Positions 22,764 through 36,886 of a DNA stretch of 64,000 nt are shown here, in pieces. A program made the position numbers and the translations under genes. This DNA comes from Piromyces finnis finn. Its lineage: Eukaryota > Fungi > Neocallimastigomycota. The notes below the pieces were generated by a model that worked only from the letters and a program-made list of their open reading frames with translations, searched no databases and was not told the origin of the DNA. The stretch spans positions 186,001 to 250,000 of the forward strand of contig MCFH01000066.1 of the NCBI GenBank assembly GCA_002104945.1. The letters are read 5' to 3'. Numbering within the stretch: position 1 is the first letter of the stretch; every line of letters starts with the position of its first letter.

Positions 22764-25299
22764 TTATTCCCAACAGCTACCAAATTTATTTTGGCATCCA
22801 AGATCAGATTTACAATAACTTCTAGTAGTTCCACAATAACCTTTGGCACTACAACATTCACCTTCTTTAAGACATGATCCCCATAATTCACCACATCTTC
22901 CTTCGGCACACTTTCCATACTTGTCTTGACATCCAAGTTTAAGTGAGCAATAACCACTAGTAGTTCCACAATAACCTTTGGCACTGCAACATTGTCCTTC
23001 AGGACATTCACCAATACCTTCACCACATCTGAATTCACAGCTATTCTTTTTAAGTGTATTGGCACATGTCCTTTAAGAATTAATATAATTTATTTTGCAA
23101 TTATACAGTACATAATGAATTCAAATAATTTTATATAATTATATATAATTTATATATTTATATAATTATATTTTTATATATTAAAATTGAAATTGAAATT
23201 GAAATTAAAATTGAAAAATAATTAGAATTAGTTATGAAAACATATAATTTAATATAATTTAATTTAATATTATTATATAAAAGGAACTGGTATTTTTCAT
23301 ATCATCTTATATTATCTTACATTTCATTTCCATTTTGTAAACTCTTGTCCTTTATACTTTCACAGTTAATGCAATTATTGGATAAATCACTAATTACATT
23401 TTTTATTATATATTATTATATATAAATATATTAAATATATTTTAAATATAATTTTATAGATTAGTTCACCATAAATTTTATGATATTATGATATTTAATA
23501 CTTTTAAATATTATTAATATTAAATTTCATTATTATAATTCATATTAATATTATTATTGTTTACAATGTAGTCAATTCATCTAAACTGCTAATAACAGGT
23601 ATAGATCCATTTAAATCATTATTTGATAAATCTCTGTATTACATTATTTTATATTAATATAAAAATAGTATTATTATTAAAATGAGTAAAAATACATACT
23701 TGTTAGAATTATTGATAAAATTTTTTATCTTACATAGTTTGTAATTTAGATAACCTTCCAATATCTGAAGGGATGGTTCCAGTTAATCCTTTATTGGCTA
23801 AATTTCTATTGAATTATTAATTTAATTTAATATTTATTTTGTAATTATTAAAAAACATTATTATAAAAATTATTATAAAATATTATTAAAAAATATTTAA
23901 AATTTTATTATTAAATTATTGTAATAATACTAATTAAAAAAATATCATATTAATATTTTTAAAATATTTTACATTGATGTAATATGAAATTCATTATCCA
24001 CTACTGAACATTCAATGCCTTCTATTTCACAACAATTAATATCCTTATCAGTACTTCCTTTTTTCCATAAACTTTCAATATAACGACACTCATCCAAAAC
24101 TTTTTTACATTTATCCTTTTCTTGTTCTTCACATCCCCTATAAATTTGTAGAGTTAAAAGTTATTCATAATTAATAAAATCAATTATAATAAAAATAGAA
24201 TTTTATAAATTTTTTTATTCTTCTTACCTAGTATTTGAATCACAGCTAAGACAATTATTATTCATTAATTTACTCCTAATTATATTTTAATATCAAAATA
24301 TATAAAATATTAAATATTTTTATTTTTAAAATTAAAAAAAAAAATCAATACGGAAAATAAATCCGCAAATATTTTTATAAAAGTATTATTACATAATTTG
24401 AAGAAAAAATAAAAACTTTTTATTACAAAAGTTTATTTAATTTCTTAACAGATTCAGGAATATCTCCAATTAAATAATTATCACTTAAATATCTATTTTT
24501 ATTTTTTATTTAATAATAAAATATTTGGATGAATATAAAAAATCATTATTTTTATCTTTTAAATATTTTTAAATATTTTTTAATTATTTTTAATATTTAC
24601 AGCTCTTCTAATTGAGATAAATTTCCAATTTCTGAAGGAATGGATCCTGTTAATTTATTAAAACGTAAATTTCTATATTTTATTTTTATTTAATAAAATA
24701 TTTTAAATAATGAAAATTTATATTTATTTTTTTTCATTAATTTTAATATTTACAATGATATTAAATTTTTTAAATTTCTAATTTCTGAAGGAATGTTTCC
24801 AGTTAATTGATTATCACTTAAAACTCTATTTTTAAATTTTATTTAAAGAGTAAAATAAAAAAATATTTCGATTAATATAAAAACCATTATTTTTATTTTT
24901 AAATATTTTTATAATATTTTTTTAATATTTACAAATATTTTAAATTTGTTAAATTTTCAATTTCAGAAGGAATGGTTCCAATTAATCCTTTATCATTTAA
25001 AATTCTATTTTTTATTTTTATTTTAAAATAAAATTAATTTAAATATTATATTATATTATATTATATTATAATAAGAATTTTTACATTTTAGTTATTCGAT
25101 TATCATCATCACAGTTAATACCATCAATGTCACAACAATTAGTCGCATCAGAATTTATTTGTTTCCATAGACTTTCAATAGATTCACAATCAGTTTTTTG
25201 TGTTGTTTCCTCTTCACGTTTTGTCAGTCTGTCAATGGAATAGGAAAAGGAAGTGCTAGATACTGTCAAAATTAAACCTAAGAATTTAAATAGTCTCAT
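22764..25299 (-). CDS. Secreted LRR-CBM18 protein, copy 2, apparently intact, 11 exons
   Basis: Manual splicing with all introns GT-AG and phase 2 gives signal peptide + Cys cap (25299-25081) and 4 LRR exons (ILNDKGLIGTIPSEIENLTNL, VLSDNQLTGNIPSEI, NLRFNKLTGSIPSEIGNLSQL, YLSDNYLIGDIPESV). These are followed by an NNCLSC cap, a second Cys cap, 2 LRR exons, an NNCINC cap and a last exon (23070-22764) with two CBM18 domains (CCSAKGYCG). Confidence 0.85.
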
Positions 25300-26215
25300 T
25301 TTTAAATAATAATTTACTCTTTCATAAAATTTTAAAAATCAATATAAATTTAAAAAAAAAATTATTGAATTAAAATGAAAAAAAGGAGAAAAGAGAAAAT
25401 TGAAAAAAAAGAAAAAAAAGGCTCTTTTTATATTTTTTTTTAAATAATAATTAAAATATTTTATTAAAAATTTTTAAATTTCTTGCCTCAGATGTTTTTT
25501 GCTTTTTTCTTATTAAATTTAAAAAATAAAACTGTTTTTCCTTACTTTTATTGTACATAAAAGTGTTACATTTACAAAGTTTTTTTTTTTTTTTTTAATT
25601 GTTAAATTATAATTTTTTTTTTATATTTATTATATCTTTATTACATTTACATGCATTGATATCTTATTACATTTAATAATTTATAGTCTAATACTTTTTT
25701 TTTTTTTACCATATTATACAATTACATGAATTTTTACCTTGCTTCTCTTAACCAATCAATATTAAATTTAAAATTTATTCCATGGTTTTTTGTAACACAT
25801 CATTGTACATTAATATAATAATGTATACGGAAATATTATATTGGAATTTTATAAATTTTCTTTTTTAAAAAAAATAAAGAATTTATAATACAATATTGTC
25901 TAATTTCTGAAAAAGATTAAAATAATTAAGGTTTCTAAATTCAGTAATATTATTAATACTTATTTTATTATCTCAGCCAATCAATAATAAATCCTTGGAT
26001 AATGCCATTTTATCCGAAACTTTTGTTGATTAAATATTCATTTTAAAATTGAATTAAAAATTTTAATTGAATGTATTAATATATGTATTAATATATTTTA
26101 ATATATGAGTCAATCAATTTATTTTTAATTAAATCAATGTTTCACAAACCATCTTTAAATTGATCTAACCAAGAAAAAACAAACCAAAAATTTAAGGAAT
26201 GACTCACACTTAAAT
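25280..26215 (-). promoter_or_regulatory. Upstream region conserved between the two LRR-CBM18 paralogs
   Basis: Alignable with ~12000-12890. Shared blocks include CCAATCAATA (twice in each copy) and GGAATGACTCACAC. Confidence 0.65.
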
Positions 26216-27384
26216 TTCTACTAATTAATAACTGAAAATAGTAGGTTAAAACGCTTAATTTTATTTGATTAAAAAATATATAAAATAATGAGTAATCCAT
26301 TAAATTAACAATTTTAAATATAAATATTTGATATAAAATAAACCTAAAAACCTTAATTAATAATATAATTGAATATTACTATAAATGTTATATAAACATA
26401 AATTAATGTAATATTGGAATAGATTATAATGTAGTTTTTTTAGTACATTTTATTTAGTACATTATTTGTATTTATCATATTTTTATAATCATATAATAAA
26501 TTAAAGTATTTATAGTAATTATAGTATTTAATATAAACAGATAAACAAACAAACTTTATAGTTAGATTTTGGTATAAATTAGTAGAAAATATAGTAAATT
26601 AGTCTCTATCTAAGAATATAATAGTTAGGAGAAGATATTCTTACGATCATATAATATTAAGTATGTTTTTGAATAAATTATAAATAAAGTATATAAGTCA
26701 ACCCACAAATCCTGAGTGTATTGAACCGAGTTGTATCACATTATTTTATAATATTCTTGATTTTATACTTAATAAATAATTTATCTCAAGAGGCAATAAT
26801 TTTAAATTTTTTTTTTAAAAAAAAAAGCATTTATATTTTATTAATATTCTATTTATTGGGCTAAATTAAACAATAATAAAAATTAAAAAAGAAAAACGTT
26901 TTAAAATAAAGAAAAAAATAAAATTATATTGTAAAACGAATATAAAAAAACAAAAATTTTTATTATTTTTTGAAAAAGAATTAAAGAATTAAACGCTATA
27001 TTTAATGTTTTAACATAAAATTTTATATTAAATGTTAATTTTATATTTCTCAAACATTTTAATTTTAATTAGAAAATTATAATACTCTTTTTATATTTGA
27101 AGTCATGAATTTATATTAAAAATATTTTATTTTTTTATTATAACTTTTTTTAATTATTTAAAAAATAGATTTTAAAATATATAAGAATAATAAAAAATGT
27201 AAATCATCTTCCAATTAATAAAACTTGTTCATATTTAATTTTTATTATTATTTAGTTTTATTCAAACTTTAGGATTGTCCTTTTTTTTTTTTTTTTTTTG
27301 TAATTTCAGTTTTTTTTTCTTGAAAATAAATAGGAAAATCCATTTTCTTTTTCAATTAAATATTTATTCATATCTTTATTTTCT

Positions 27385-27640
27385 TTTCTACAAGTATAAC
27401 GTAAGGGTGTCCCTGCATAATTACCTTATAGATTAACATCTTCATTTTTAGCTCCAATTAAATGTTTAATAAAAAATAACATTTTTCTTTTTGAGCTTTA
27501 CTGGTAAAATGTAATGGTATTCTTCTATCCTAATCTTTAATACTTGTATCGGCTCCTTTTCTAATCAAATATTTTAATTATTTTTTCATTTCCATGATAA
27601 TATGCATAATGTATTGGTGTTTTTTCCATTATGGTTTTGA
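27385..27640 (-). pseudogene. Ankyrin-repeat gene relic
   Basis: Minus-strand peptides across frameshifts and stops: NGKTPIHYAYYHGNEKIIK, LIRKGADTSIKD, IPLHF, GTPLRYTC. Confidence 0.65.
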
Positions 27641-27669
27641 CTATTTATATATGAATTTATTTTCTTTAA

Positions 27670-28030
27670 TAGAAAGGGGACCATTGATATTCTACGTTCT
27701 TTGATTGATAGTATTGAAGTGGAAGACTCTTTCCCAATAACTATGATTTAAGCTATTATATGTAACATTAGATGCAAGATTTTCATAATATTATTACTGA
27801 GGAGTAAATGAATCCTCAACATTCCTGTCCTTAATAGTTGAAACATGAGAGCACGAATAACTTGGTTTGGCAAAAAAATTTTTAAGATTTTTCCAATCTT
27901 TTCTTATTACTTTTTGTTGATAAAATGTTTTACCAATTGAACCAATATTACCTTTAGAAAGATCGGGTCTGAGTTTACTACTAACTTTTTTGATAGTACT
28001 AAATAAACTTTGATATTTAGAATACTAGTT
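27670..28030 (-). mobile_element. Degraded internal LINE-A fragment (endonuclease-RT linker)
   Basis: Diverged reverse complement of ~34000-34370. Confidence 0.75.
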
Positions 28031-28690
28031 AGGGTTTTTTTTTAGACTAGTAAGATAATACACCACTTTTATTTATTTCTTTAATTTGTGCTATTACATA
28101 ATATTAGGTCATAATATTAGGTGATAATACATATTGATATAATAAATAATAAATAAAAATAAAAAAATATATATATATATAAATATATAAAATAAAATAA
28201 AATAATTATTAAAGTTGTAATTTGTACTGTGTGGGATCGGTCCCTACCTAATACATTAAATGAAATAAAAAAGAAAAGTAACATTAGGTAGGATAGTGTG
28301 GTGTCCACTAAACTCTCCCATGAGTTCATAATGTTTTCATTCGAATTTGAAAAAATACTAACACTGAACCCTGTGTACGGAACATTGAGAATGTTCCTTT
28401 GCTATATCGATACGACATCGGTGCTCTTGATTACGTTAGGTATCTTACTAAATCTATCAAAAAGTAGCTTCAAAAAATTACTAGAGAATAAGTAACAAAC
28501 TTGAATAACATAGGACTATGTAAGCTAAGATAATAAAAATAGAATCAAAGATATTCATTGACAATATTTAATACTAAAGAATCAAAAAATTAATATAATG
28601 TTATTAAGTGGTAAAAGCAACTAATATTTAATATGGGTTGAGGGTATAAAGAAAGTATGGTATAACAACTAACACTCAGATTATGAATTC
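28031..28690 (-). mobile_element. Internally deleted LINE-A derivative with a different junction
   Basis: 28031-28470 is the A 3' end with tail (TTTTTTTAGACTAG). 28475-28690 matches the first ~220 nt of the A 5' UTR (31320-31530). Confidence 0.75.
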
Positions 28691-29042
28691 AAAAGCAAGG
28701 CTTAATGTATTTTCTTACCTTAGAAAATACGAATACCTTTCGCTGCAATGCATGATGTCTTGGAAAAAGGAATTTTATTACATAAATTTATAAATTTTAA
28801 TCACATAAATATTATTATTTTAATAAAGTTATATATTATATAAATACTTTATATTTTTTTACACTATATTAATAAACCATTTGAAAATTCAATAAATCAA
28901 TTACTATGTATACTAAATTTACTAAATATATATCTATATATAATTGTATCTATTTCTAAAATTTTCTTTAAATTTGATTATATAAATAAAATAAAGATTA
29001 AAAAAATAATTATGAAATGACAAGTACTTATTAATTATAAAA

Positions 29043-31259
29043 AAATTTGGTTTTCGAAAAAAGGAAGAAAGTATCAGTCTTTTCATTTCAATCCAAGAAA
29101 TATGTAGTAGACGTCAATTAGAAAATAAAGAGACATATTTGGCCTTTTTAGATCTCAGGAAAACATACGATTCAGTCCCAATCGGTAATATTCTCCATAA
29201 ATTAGATTGTTTAGGAATCCGAGGTAAGAGTTTACAATTTATCAAAAATTTACATTTAACATCTAAGACTAATGTCAAATTAGATGGACAATTCTCGAAA
29301 TCTTTTGATGTGAAGAAAGGAGTAGGTCAAGGTTACCCACTTTCTCCTATTCTCTTTAATCTCTTTATTAATGATATATTTAAAAAGTGCGAAAATCACG
29401 GAGTCAGTTTAGGTGACACTCGATTCTGTGGTGTACTTTTTGCAGATGATATAGTTATTTGTGCTCCATCAAAAGGATGCTTAAAAAAGATGCTTAGAAG
29501 AGTTAATGAATGGGCCTTGTTTAATGAAATGGAATTTGGTATCCAGAAATGTTCAACGATGGTGATTCGTCCTGAATAAATAGAAAATCAGAGCAAGAAA
29601 GATCCAACATTTTACTTAGCAGGGAAACCCATTCCAACTACTGATTGCTAAACTTATCTTGGTGTTCCATTTGATAAGAATTTGTCACTTAACCAGTAAT
29701 TAAAACACTTAATAACAAGGTTTTGAAAGGACTCTTTTCAGTCTGCAAGTTCTTAAGAAATCCTAATATTCCTATTCCTTTCAAAAACCTAGTACGGAAC
29801 TCACAAGTGATTAACAGAGTTTCATACTTTGCACCATTACTTGGATCCAACAAAGCTAGGTCTAGGATTGCTCAGAAGCATGTTAACAAAGGAATACGAT
29901 GGGTTGCCGGAGTTCTTAAAGTTGTATCGTTTATATCTCTATTCTTTATCTCAAAGATTTGAATATTCCTCCATCGTCAGCCAAATGTGCGTTAGCTCAG
30001 GTTAAATGTTTTAACAAGTGGAAAAACTCGAATTGTATTATCTCATACCTTGTCAATTACATTCCTAAATTTAGGAAATACACGTGGTGCAAATCAAGTA
30101 GGACACTTGATAAAAAACTAAAGAAGCATGGAGGTGTTAAAGCAGGTAAAAACTTTTATTGGAAAGATCTCAAAGGGAATTCAATCAAAGCGCAATATTA
30201 TGATGATAATAAATTTATTGAAACTAAAGATTTTATTAAATTATGTTATGAGTACACAGAGTTTGCCTATGGCTTCTACTGGCTATTGAAAGCAAGAAGC
30301 GGATATAAGTTGGATGCTAGAGTTGCCAAAGCTGCTAAATTTGTTGATCCAGTTTGTCCTAACTACTGTCCATGTTGCAAGTGTGGTGTTCAAAGTATTA
30401 AACATTGGTTATTAGATTGTCCAACATTTAGAGATATCCGTATTAAACATTATTATTCCATAGTCAAACTATTAAATTTTTTCAGTCAACGTAATTCCAA
30501 CATCCCTATCAATAATAATGAAAATGTTAATATTAGTAGAGATAGCAATAACATTAATAGTAATAATAACAATAGTAATAATAACAATAGTAGTAATATA
30601 AATAATAATATTAGTAATGAGAGCAATAGTGAAGATAATAATTCTAATTTAGATAGTAATTTAGTTAATAATAGTAATAGTTCTAATAGTCCGGTGAATA
30701 TTAATGTGTATGATTATTCTAGTGTGTGCAGTAAAATATTTAAATTCCTTCTTGGGGTAAGAAGTTTTAACAATATCAATTACAATTCAAGGGAATGGAA
30801 AGATCTTTGCAAGTGTCAGATTCAATCTTGCACTAACGAAAGAACACCATTCTTGACGGTAACCGCGGAACTTCTAATCAAAATCATTCTTTTCGCTATT
30901 GGCTAGCAATGGTCAATGTTCAAAAGGTTTGAAGCAACATCCAAGAGTGTCAATGTCGAAGAAACAGTAAGACAGGCCAGGAAGGCCAGCGCAACCAATG
31001 GAGATCATAATTTTGTTCCATGGCAAAATTTTGATCTTTGGCTCGGTGTCCCATTGGAAGTCAAATACAATTATTATACTTTAGTATGATAGTGGCTTTC
31101 TTACTTTAATTAAAATTACTAGAATACATTATACCCAATTTTTATTCATTTGTGTTTATTTAAACATATTTTTTTTATTTTTATTTTTATTTTTAATTTT
31201 TTATTACATGTATTATAATTTTAATTAAATTAATAATAAAGTTTAAAATATTTGATGCC

Positions 31260-31302
<43 letters not shown>
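29043..31302 (+). mobile_element. LINE family B, 5'-truncated, 40-nt poly(A) tail
   Basis: ORFs 29139..29579, 29723..29962 and 29959..30906; poly(A) at 31263-31302. Confidence 0.95.
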
Positions 31303-31304
<2 letters not shown>

Positions 31305-34300
31305 GAGCGAACAGAGTCGATAATTTGAGTGTTAGTTGTTATATCATATATCCCTTACACCTTCAACTTATTTTTTAGATAGTAGTTGCTTTAACAACTT
31401 TTATAACATATTATTTTAAACTTAAAATTGTTTGATTCGGTAGTATTAAATACTGATTTTGAATATTTCTTGATTTCATTTTTATTTTAGCTTTCATCGA
31501 TAATTTGTTATCCCAGTTTACTACTTATTCTCTTTGTTCTTTTATTCCTTTTTTATTCTTTATATGTTGATTAGTCAGATAGTTTTGTTTTTCAGTTAGT
31601 TTGTTATTCCTTTCATTTATTCTTGAGTTTCGTGTGGGGTGCGGCTTTCATTACTATAATCATATTTAATCTTTTATTTTTTTTTCTATTTTTATTTTCG
31701 AGGGGCGCGGCTTTTTTATTTTTCCTTTATGATTTTATATGATTCTAGTAATATCTTTTTTTATTTCTTATTTTTTTGTAACTCTAGATTTTCCAAGGAA
31801 TCTCTTTTCTACTAACATTCTTTTGTATACTTTTTCTATCTCTTTTCTATATATATATATATTTCTTATACTTTATATTATATATATATTTATATATCTG
31901 TATAACTTAATTAGGTTTATTATGGACTATTATGGTAAGTATTAACACCTTTTTTTCTTTAACATTTTTATTATCAAAGCTTCTATCCTGGAAAATCGAG
32001 TATTCTATTTTTATATTGTAAATACTACTCTTGTTTCAATTTTATCTTTTAAAAAAAAAAAAATTTTATTATGTTTACCCAAATTTCTTCAACTTTTTTC
32101 CATTATTTTTGATATAACAACTTTTCACTCTTATTATCTCTCTACCTTACAACATAAACAACCTAAATGAATGTTCAATTTCAACAATCAGAATCAACAC
32201 AATACAATAATCATCCAATAAATTATACAATTCTTATAAATATAAAGAGCTTTCAAAATACAGTTATAATACAGAAATCCAAAGTGATAGATATTCAAAA
32301 TTTATCTTCCCGTTTAAAGTCTTCAGTAGAGTTAGAACTAAGTTTGTCAACAACTTAGCCACTTTTTCAGTTATAAAATTTAAAATATTGTTTGACAAAT
32401 AATCCACTAGCTATATAATATATCCGTCTTTACTATTATTTTTTTTATTTTACTATATATTTTATTTCATTATCTTATTTATATCATTATATCAATACTT
32501 CAAATTATTAATATCTATTGTCTTAATAAGTTCTTTCAAAATGAACTATACCAATTGTACTGTACCTACCTTACGACGTGGTCTTCGTTTCTTCGGATCT
32601 AACTCCAATAAATCATATCTAATTTTTATCCATGATCTTAGTTCATGGTCAAAACAACGACTAATGGAATTTCTTTTAAAGGACATTCAACCTTTCAATG
32701 ATATTCTTCAATCCCTCACCAAAAAATATTCACAATCACTCGGTACCTATTTCATTCTAAAAGTCAATGGAAAATGTCCGCTTAAAGCCATGTTACTTAT
32801 ACACTCACTTTCTGAAAAACTCCCAATCTCTAGTAAAATATCTTGGAAATTCATTGATAAGCTCAAAAACAATAGATCATACAAAAACAAACGATCTATC
32901 AAATCTACTACTGGTCCACTCTCTGACGATTTCTATTTTAGTCATCTAAGCTCTAATGCTTCCTTTTTCAACTTATGTACTTGTTGGAACATCAATGGTT
33001 GGAACCCGGAGAAAAAGGACGGTGTTTTATACTTCATCTCTGTTTTCAAACCTGTATGTGTCTGTCTTCAAGAAGTAGGTAACAGCCAATTCCTCTGTGG
33101 TAATGCAATTTCCTCCCCATGCCTACCGAACTATAAACCAGTACACAGACGTGCTAATCCTAAAGTTCCAGGTATGAGAGGACTTTACATTGGTGTTCAT
33201 AATTCTTGTTCCTTTACTCCTGAACCTCTTCTATATAAGTACATCATTTCAGTTACAATATTGTCATTTTGGAACCAGAGATGTACCATCGGTAATATTT
33301 ACTTCCCGCAAACTAGATGGCCGGATGCTAGATTAATTGCCTTTGATGAACTTGATAAGTGGTTAACAACGCATAACAAATTCAACCACCCAGCTATCCT
33401 TGTAGGAGACTTTAATATGTCAGCTATTAAAATCAAATCTTATATATCACAACACTTCCCGGATTGGACTATGGCAGAATTAACTGGTAATAATTTTACC
33501 TGGGAAAAAGGATCTAAATCTTCATGCATTGATCATATTATATACAACAAAGCTATGACAGAACACATAAACAAATCTTCAGTTTGCGAAGTTTTTCACG
33601 ATGTTTCTGATCACAAACCGATCCTTGTGTCTTGTATAAAAGACTCTTCTGATGGTTTCAAAAAGCCTAAGAAGACCTTTAAATGGTCAAGTCATATCTG
33701 TAACACAAAGTGTTCTGACATTCTTACTAGTAATCGCTTTGCTGTTCTAGCTTCCGAGCTTGAAGCTAATTGCGATAGCCTTTCGGCTGACGATATGGTT
33801 TCAAAATTTTTAGATACCTCCAAAACTATAGGTAAAGAAATAAAAGCCATTGTGCCTGCAGATTTAAAAGGTCCAGCATTCCATTGCCCTCAATACATCA
33901 AAAACTTATCACATGAAAAACACCTGGCTTACAAAAATATTAAGCCCCTTTCAGATTGCGCTGACATGGAAAATTATCTTAACCAGTTCTCCATATACCA
34001 AAATCTATGTAATACCATCAAAAAGGTTAAGAGTAAATTCAGATCCAATCTCTATAAAGCTAATATTGTTTCTATCGGTAAACATTTTATTGATAAAAGC
34101 TTTAGACAAGGTTGGAAAGGCCTTAAAAAACTTGCCAAACCAAGTTATTCGTCCTCCCATGTTTCAACTATTAAGGACAAGAATGGCAAGGATTTATTTA
34201 CTCCTCAAGAACAATTAAAACGTTGGGCTGAACATTATGAAAATCTTGCATCTGATGTTACAAATCACAGCTTAAATCGTGGTTACTGGGAAAGAGCCTT

Positions 34301-36886
34301 CCAATTCAACCATATCAATCAAATAGCATGGGATATAAATGGTCCCATTTCTATTGAGGAAATTAGGAATGTTGTTCTGTCAATGAAGAATAATAAGGCT
34401 CCAGGTCCCGATGGTATCCCAATTGAATTTTTCAAAGCTTTTTTTTGTGATGAAGAACTGGAGAAAGAACATAAGTCTGCTGGAAATTGTCTTAAATTAA
34501 TTTTTAATAAAATCTGGAATGGTTCCTTTCCTTTGAAATGGAACTCTGCTTCTATTGTTTCTATTCCAAAGAAAGGCGATCTTTCAGACTGTAATAATTA
34601 TCGTGGTATTTCTCTCATCAATGTAGGTCTTAAAATCATTTCAAAAATTGTAACTTATAGAATTTCAAAGTATGCTCTTTCTCATAATTTTATAAGACCT
34701 AAGCAATTTGGTTTTCGCAATAAAGAAGAATGTATTAGCTTATTTGTTTCCATTAGAGAAATCTGTCAAAGAAGAAAATTTAAAGGAAAAGCCACTTATG
34801 TCGCCTTTCTAGACCTTAAAAAAGCATACGACTCAGTTCCTATTTTTAATATCCTTACAAAGTTATATAAATTAGGTATACGTGGTAAATGTTTTGATTT
34901 TCTCAATAATCTCTACTCTACCTCTAAAGCTCGTGCACGTTTCTTGGATATGCTTTCCAATGAATTCCCTATAAACCGTGGTGTAAGACAAGGATGTCCT
35001 CTTTCTCCTATACTTTTTAACCTCTTTATCAATGATATTTTAAATAAATGTGAAAGGCTTGGAGTCAGCTTAGGAAATAAACGTTGTTGTGGTGGTCTTT
35101 TCGCTGATGACATTGTTTTGATTGCTCCTAGTAAGAAGAACCTTCAAAAGATGCTTAATCTAGTCCTTGATTGGGCTAATTTAAATGAAATGTCTTTTGG
35201 AATAAATAAATGTGCAACTATTGTTGTTAAACCTATCAACTTTAATAGATCCCCTAGTTATGTCGACCCAACATTTTACATCGGTATGTACTCGATTCCA
35301 AAGGTTTCTTGCTATACTTATCTTGGAATCCCATTCGACGAAGATCTTTCTTTGACTCCTATTCTGTCTAATATGTACAAAAAAGTTCAGAAATCTTTAT
35401 TCTCTTTTAAGAACTTCCTCACCAACAATTGTGTTCCTATTGGCTTAAAAAACATAGTAATTCATTCTTGAATTTTAAGCAAAGTCTTATTATACTCCTT
35501 TACTTGGTTCCAACAAAAATAGAACTAGAAGAGTCTAATCCTTTATCAATACTGCTGTTTTATGGAGTGTCAATAGCTTTCACAATAAAAGTTTTAATAA
35601 CAAAGATTTTGTTTTTGAACTAAATTCATTTATTAGTCTGTATGCTCTGACAAGAGATATGAAGATTCCTACCCTTTCAGGTGTTTGTGCTGCGCAACAA
35701 GTGAAATGCTTTGTTAAATGGAGAAAATCAAAATGTATTATTAAAGATCTCGTCCTCTCTATTCCTCCCATGTCTCATTACTTTTGGGCCAAAGAATCTT
35801 GTTCATTACATAAGAAGCTTATGAAAATAAATATTAAAAGTACTAAAGATATTAGAGAATATTATTGGAATAATAGTAGCCTAAATAATGGAAGTAAAGC
35901 CCTCAGATATACTAACAACAAATTCCTTAATTCAAATCGCCTAATGCATATCGGTCTCAACAAACCTCACTTAAATTTAGGAATTACCTGGATTATTCGT
36001 ATTCGATGCGGTTATGAAAATACTACCCGAATTGCTATTGCCAGTAATAGAGTTACTCCTGACTGCCCTCGTGTCTGTCCATGTTGCGGATATGACGAAC
36101 AATCTTTTTACCATTGGATATTAGAATGTTCTGCATTCTCTGAACACAGAGCTTCCTCACTTAGCTTTCTTGACGATCTTTTACCCTTTTTTACAATAAA
36201 TATAAGAATCAATTCATCACATACTTACTCCCCGAAACGGAAGTAAGAAAAACAATTTATAACTATATTTTTACGTTCCTTCTTGGTGAAACTTTAGCTT
36301 ATGATGAGCTACAAATCGATAAGGCGGAACAAAGACATTTGAATGAACAGCTTTACAGTTCATCGGGGTCTCATGTTCCATATGTAGAGGGTCTCGCGGC
36401 TTTTCTTACTAAAACAATCCCTATCATTAGTAGCTCTATGAAGCTACTTTTTGATAGGTTTAGTAAGACACCTAACGTAATCAAGAGCGCCGACGTCGTA
36501 ACGATATGGCAAAGGAACATTTCCAATGTTCCGTACACAGGGTTCAATGTTAGTATTTCCTCAAATTCGAATGAAAACATTATGAACTCATGGGAGAGTT
36601 TAGTGGACACCACACTATCATACCTGATGTTAATTCTTTTTTTTTATTTCATTTAATTTATTAGGTAGGGACCAATCCCACACAGTACAAATTGCAGAGT
36701 TCATTGAACTTGTATTCAACTTAAATAATTATTTTATATTATTTTATATTTATATTTTTATTTATTATTTATTATATCAATATCAATATGTATTATCACC
36801 TAATGTTATGTAATATCTCAAATTAAATAAATAAATAAAAGATGTGTATTCTCTTCCTAGTCTAAAAAAAAAAAAAAAAAAAAAAA
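31303..36886 (+). mobile_element. LINE family A, full-length, single ORF (N-terminal domain-APE-RT-Zn finger), 3' part frameshifted
   Basis: 1.2-kb 5' UTR, then a 976-aa ORF 32541..35471 (CWNING, CLQE, GDFN, SDH; PGPDG, QGCPLSP, FADD, YTYLG). It continues in ORFs 35659..36246 (CPCC..HWILEC) and 36339..36656. Poly(A) at 36864-36886. Confidence 0.96.

Noticed and set aside
22760-23065. Val-rich ORF in the track (also 5615..5824 and 14134..14385)
   Set aside because: Off-frame or antisense readings of the CBM18 exon; the Cys-rich frame is the real one.
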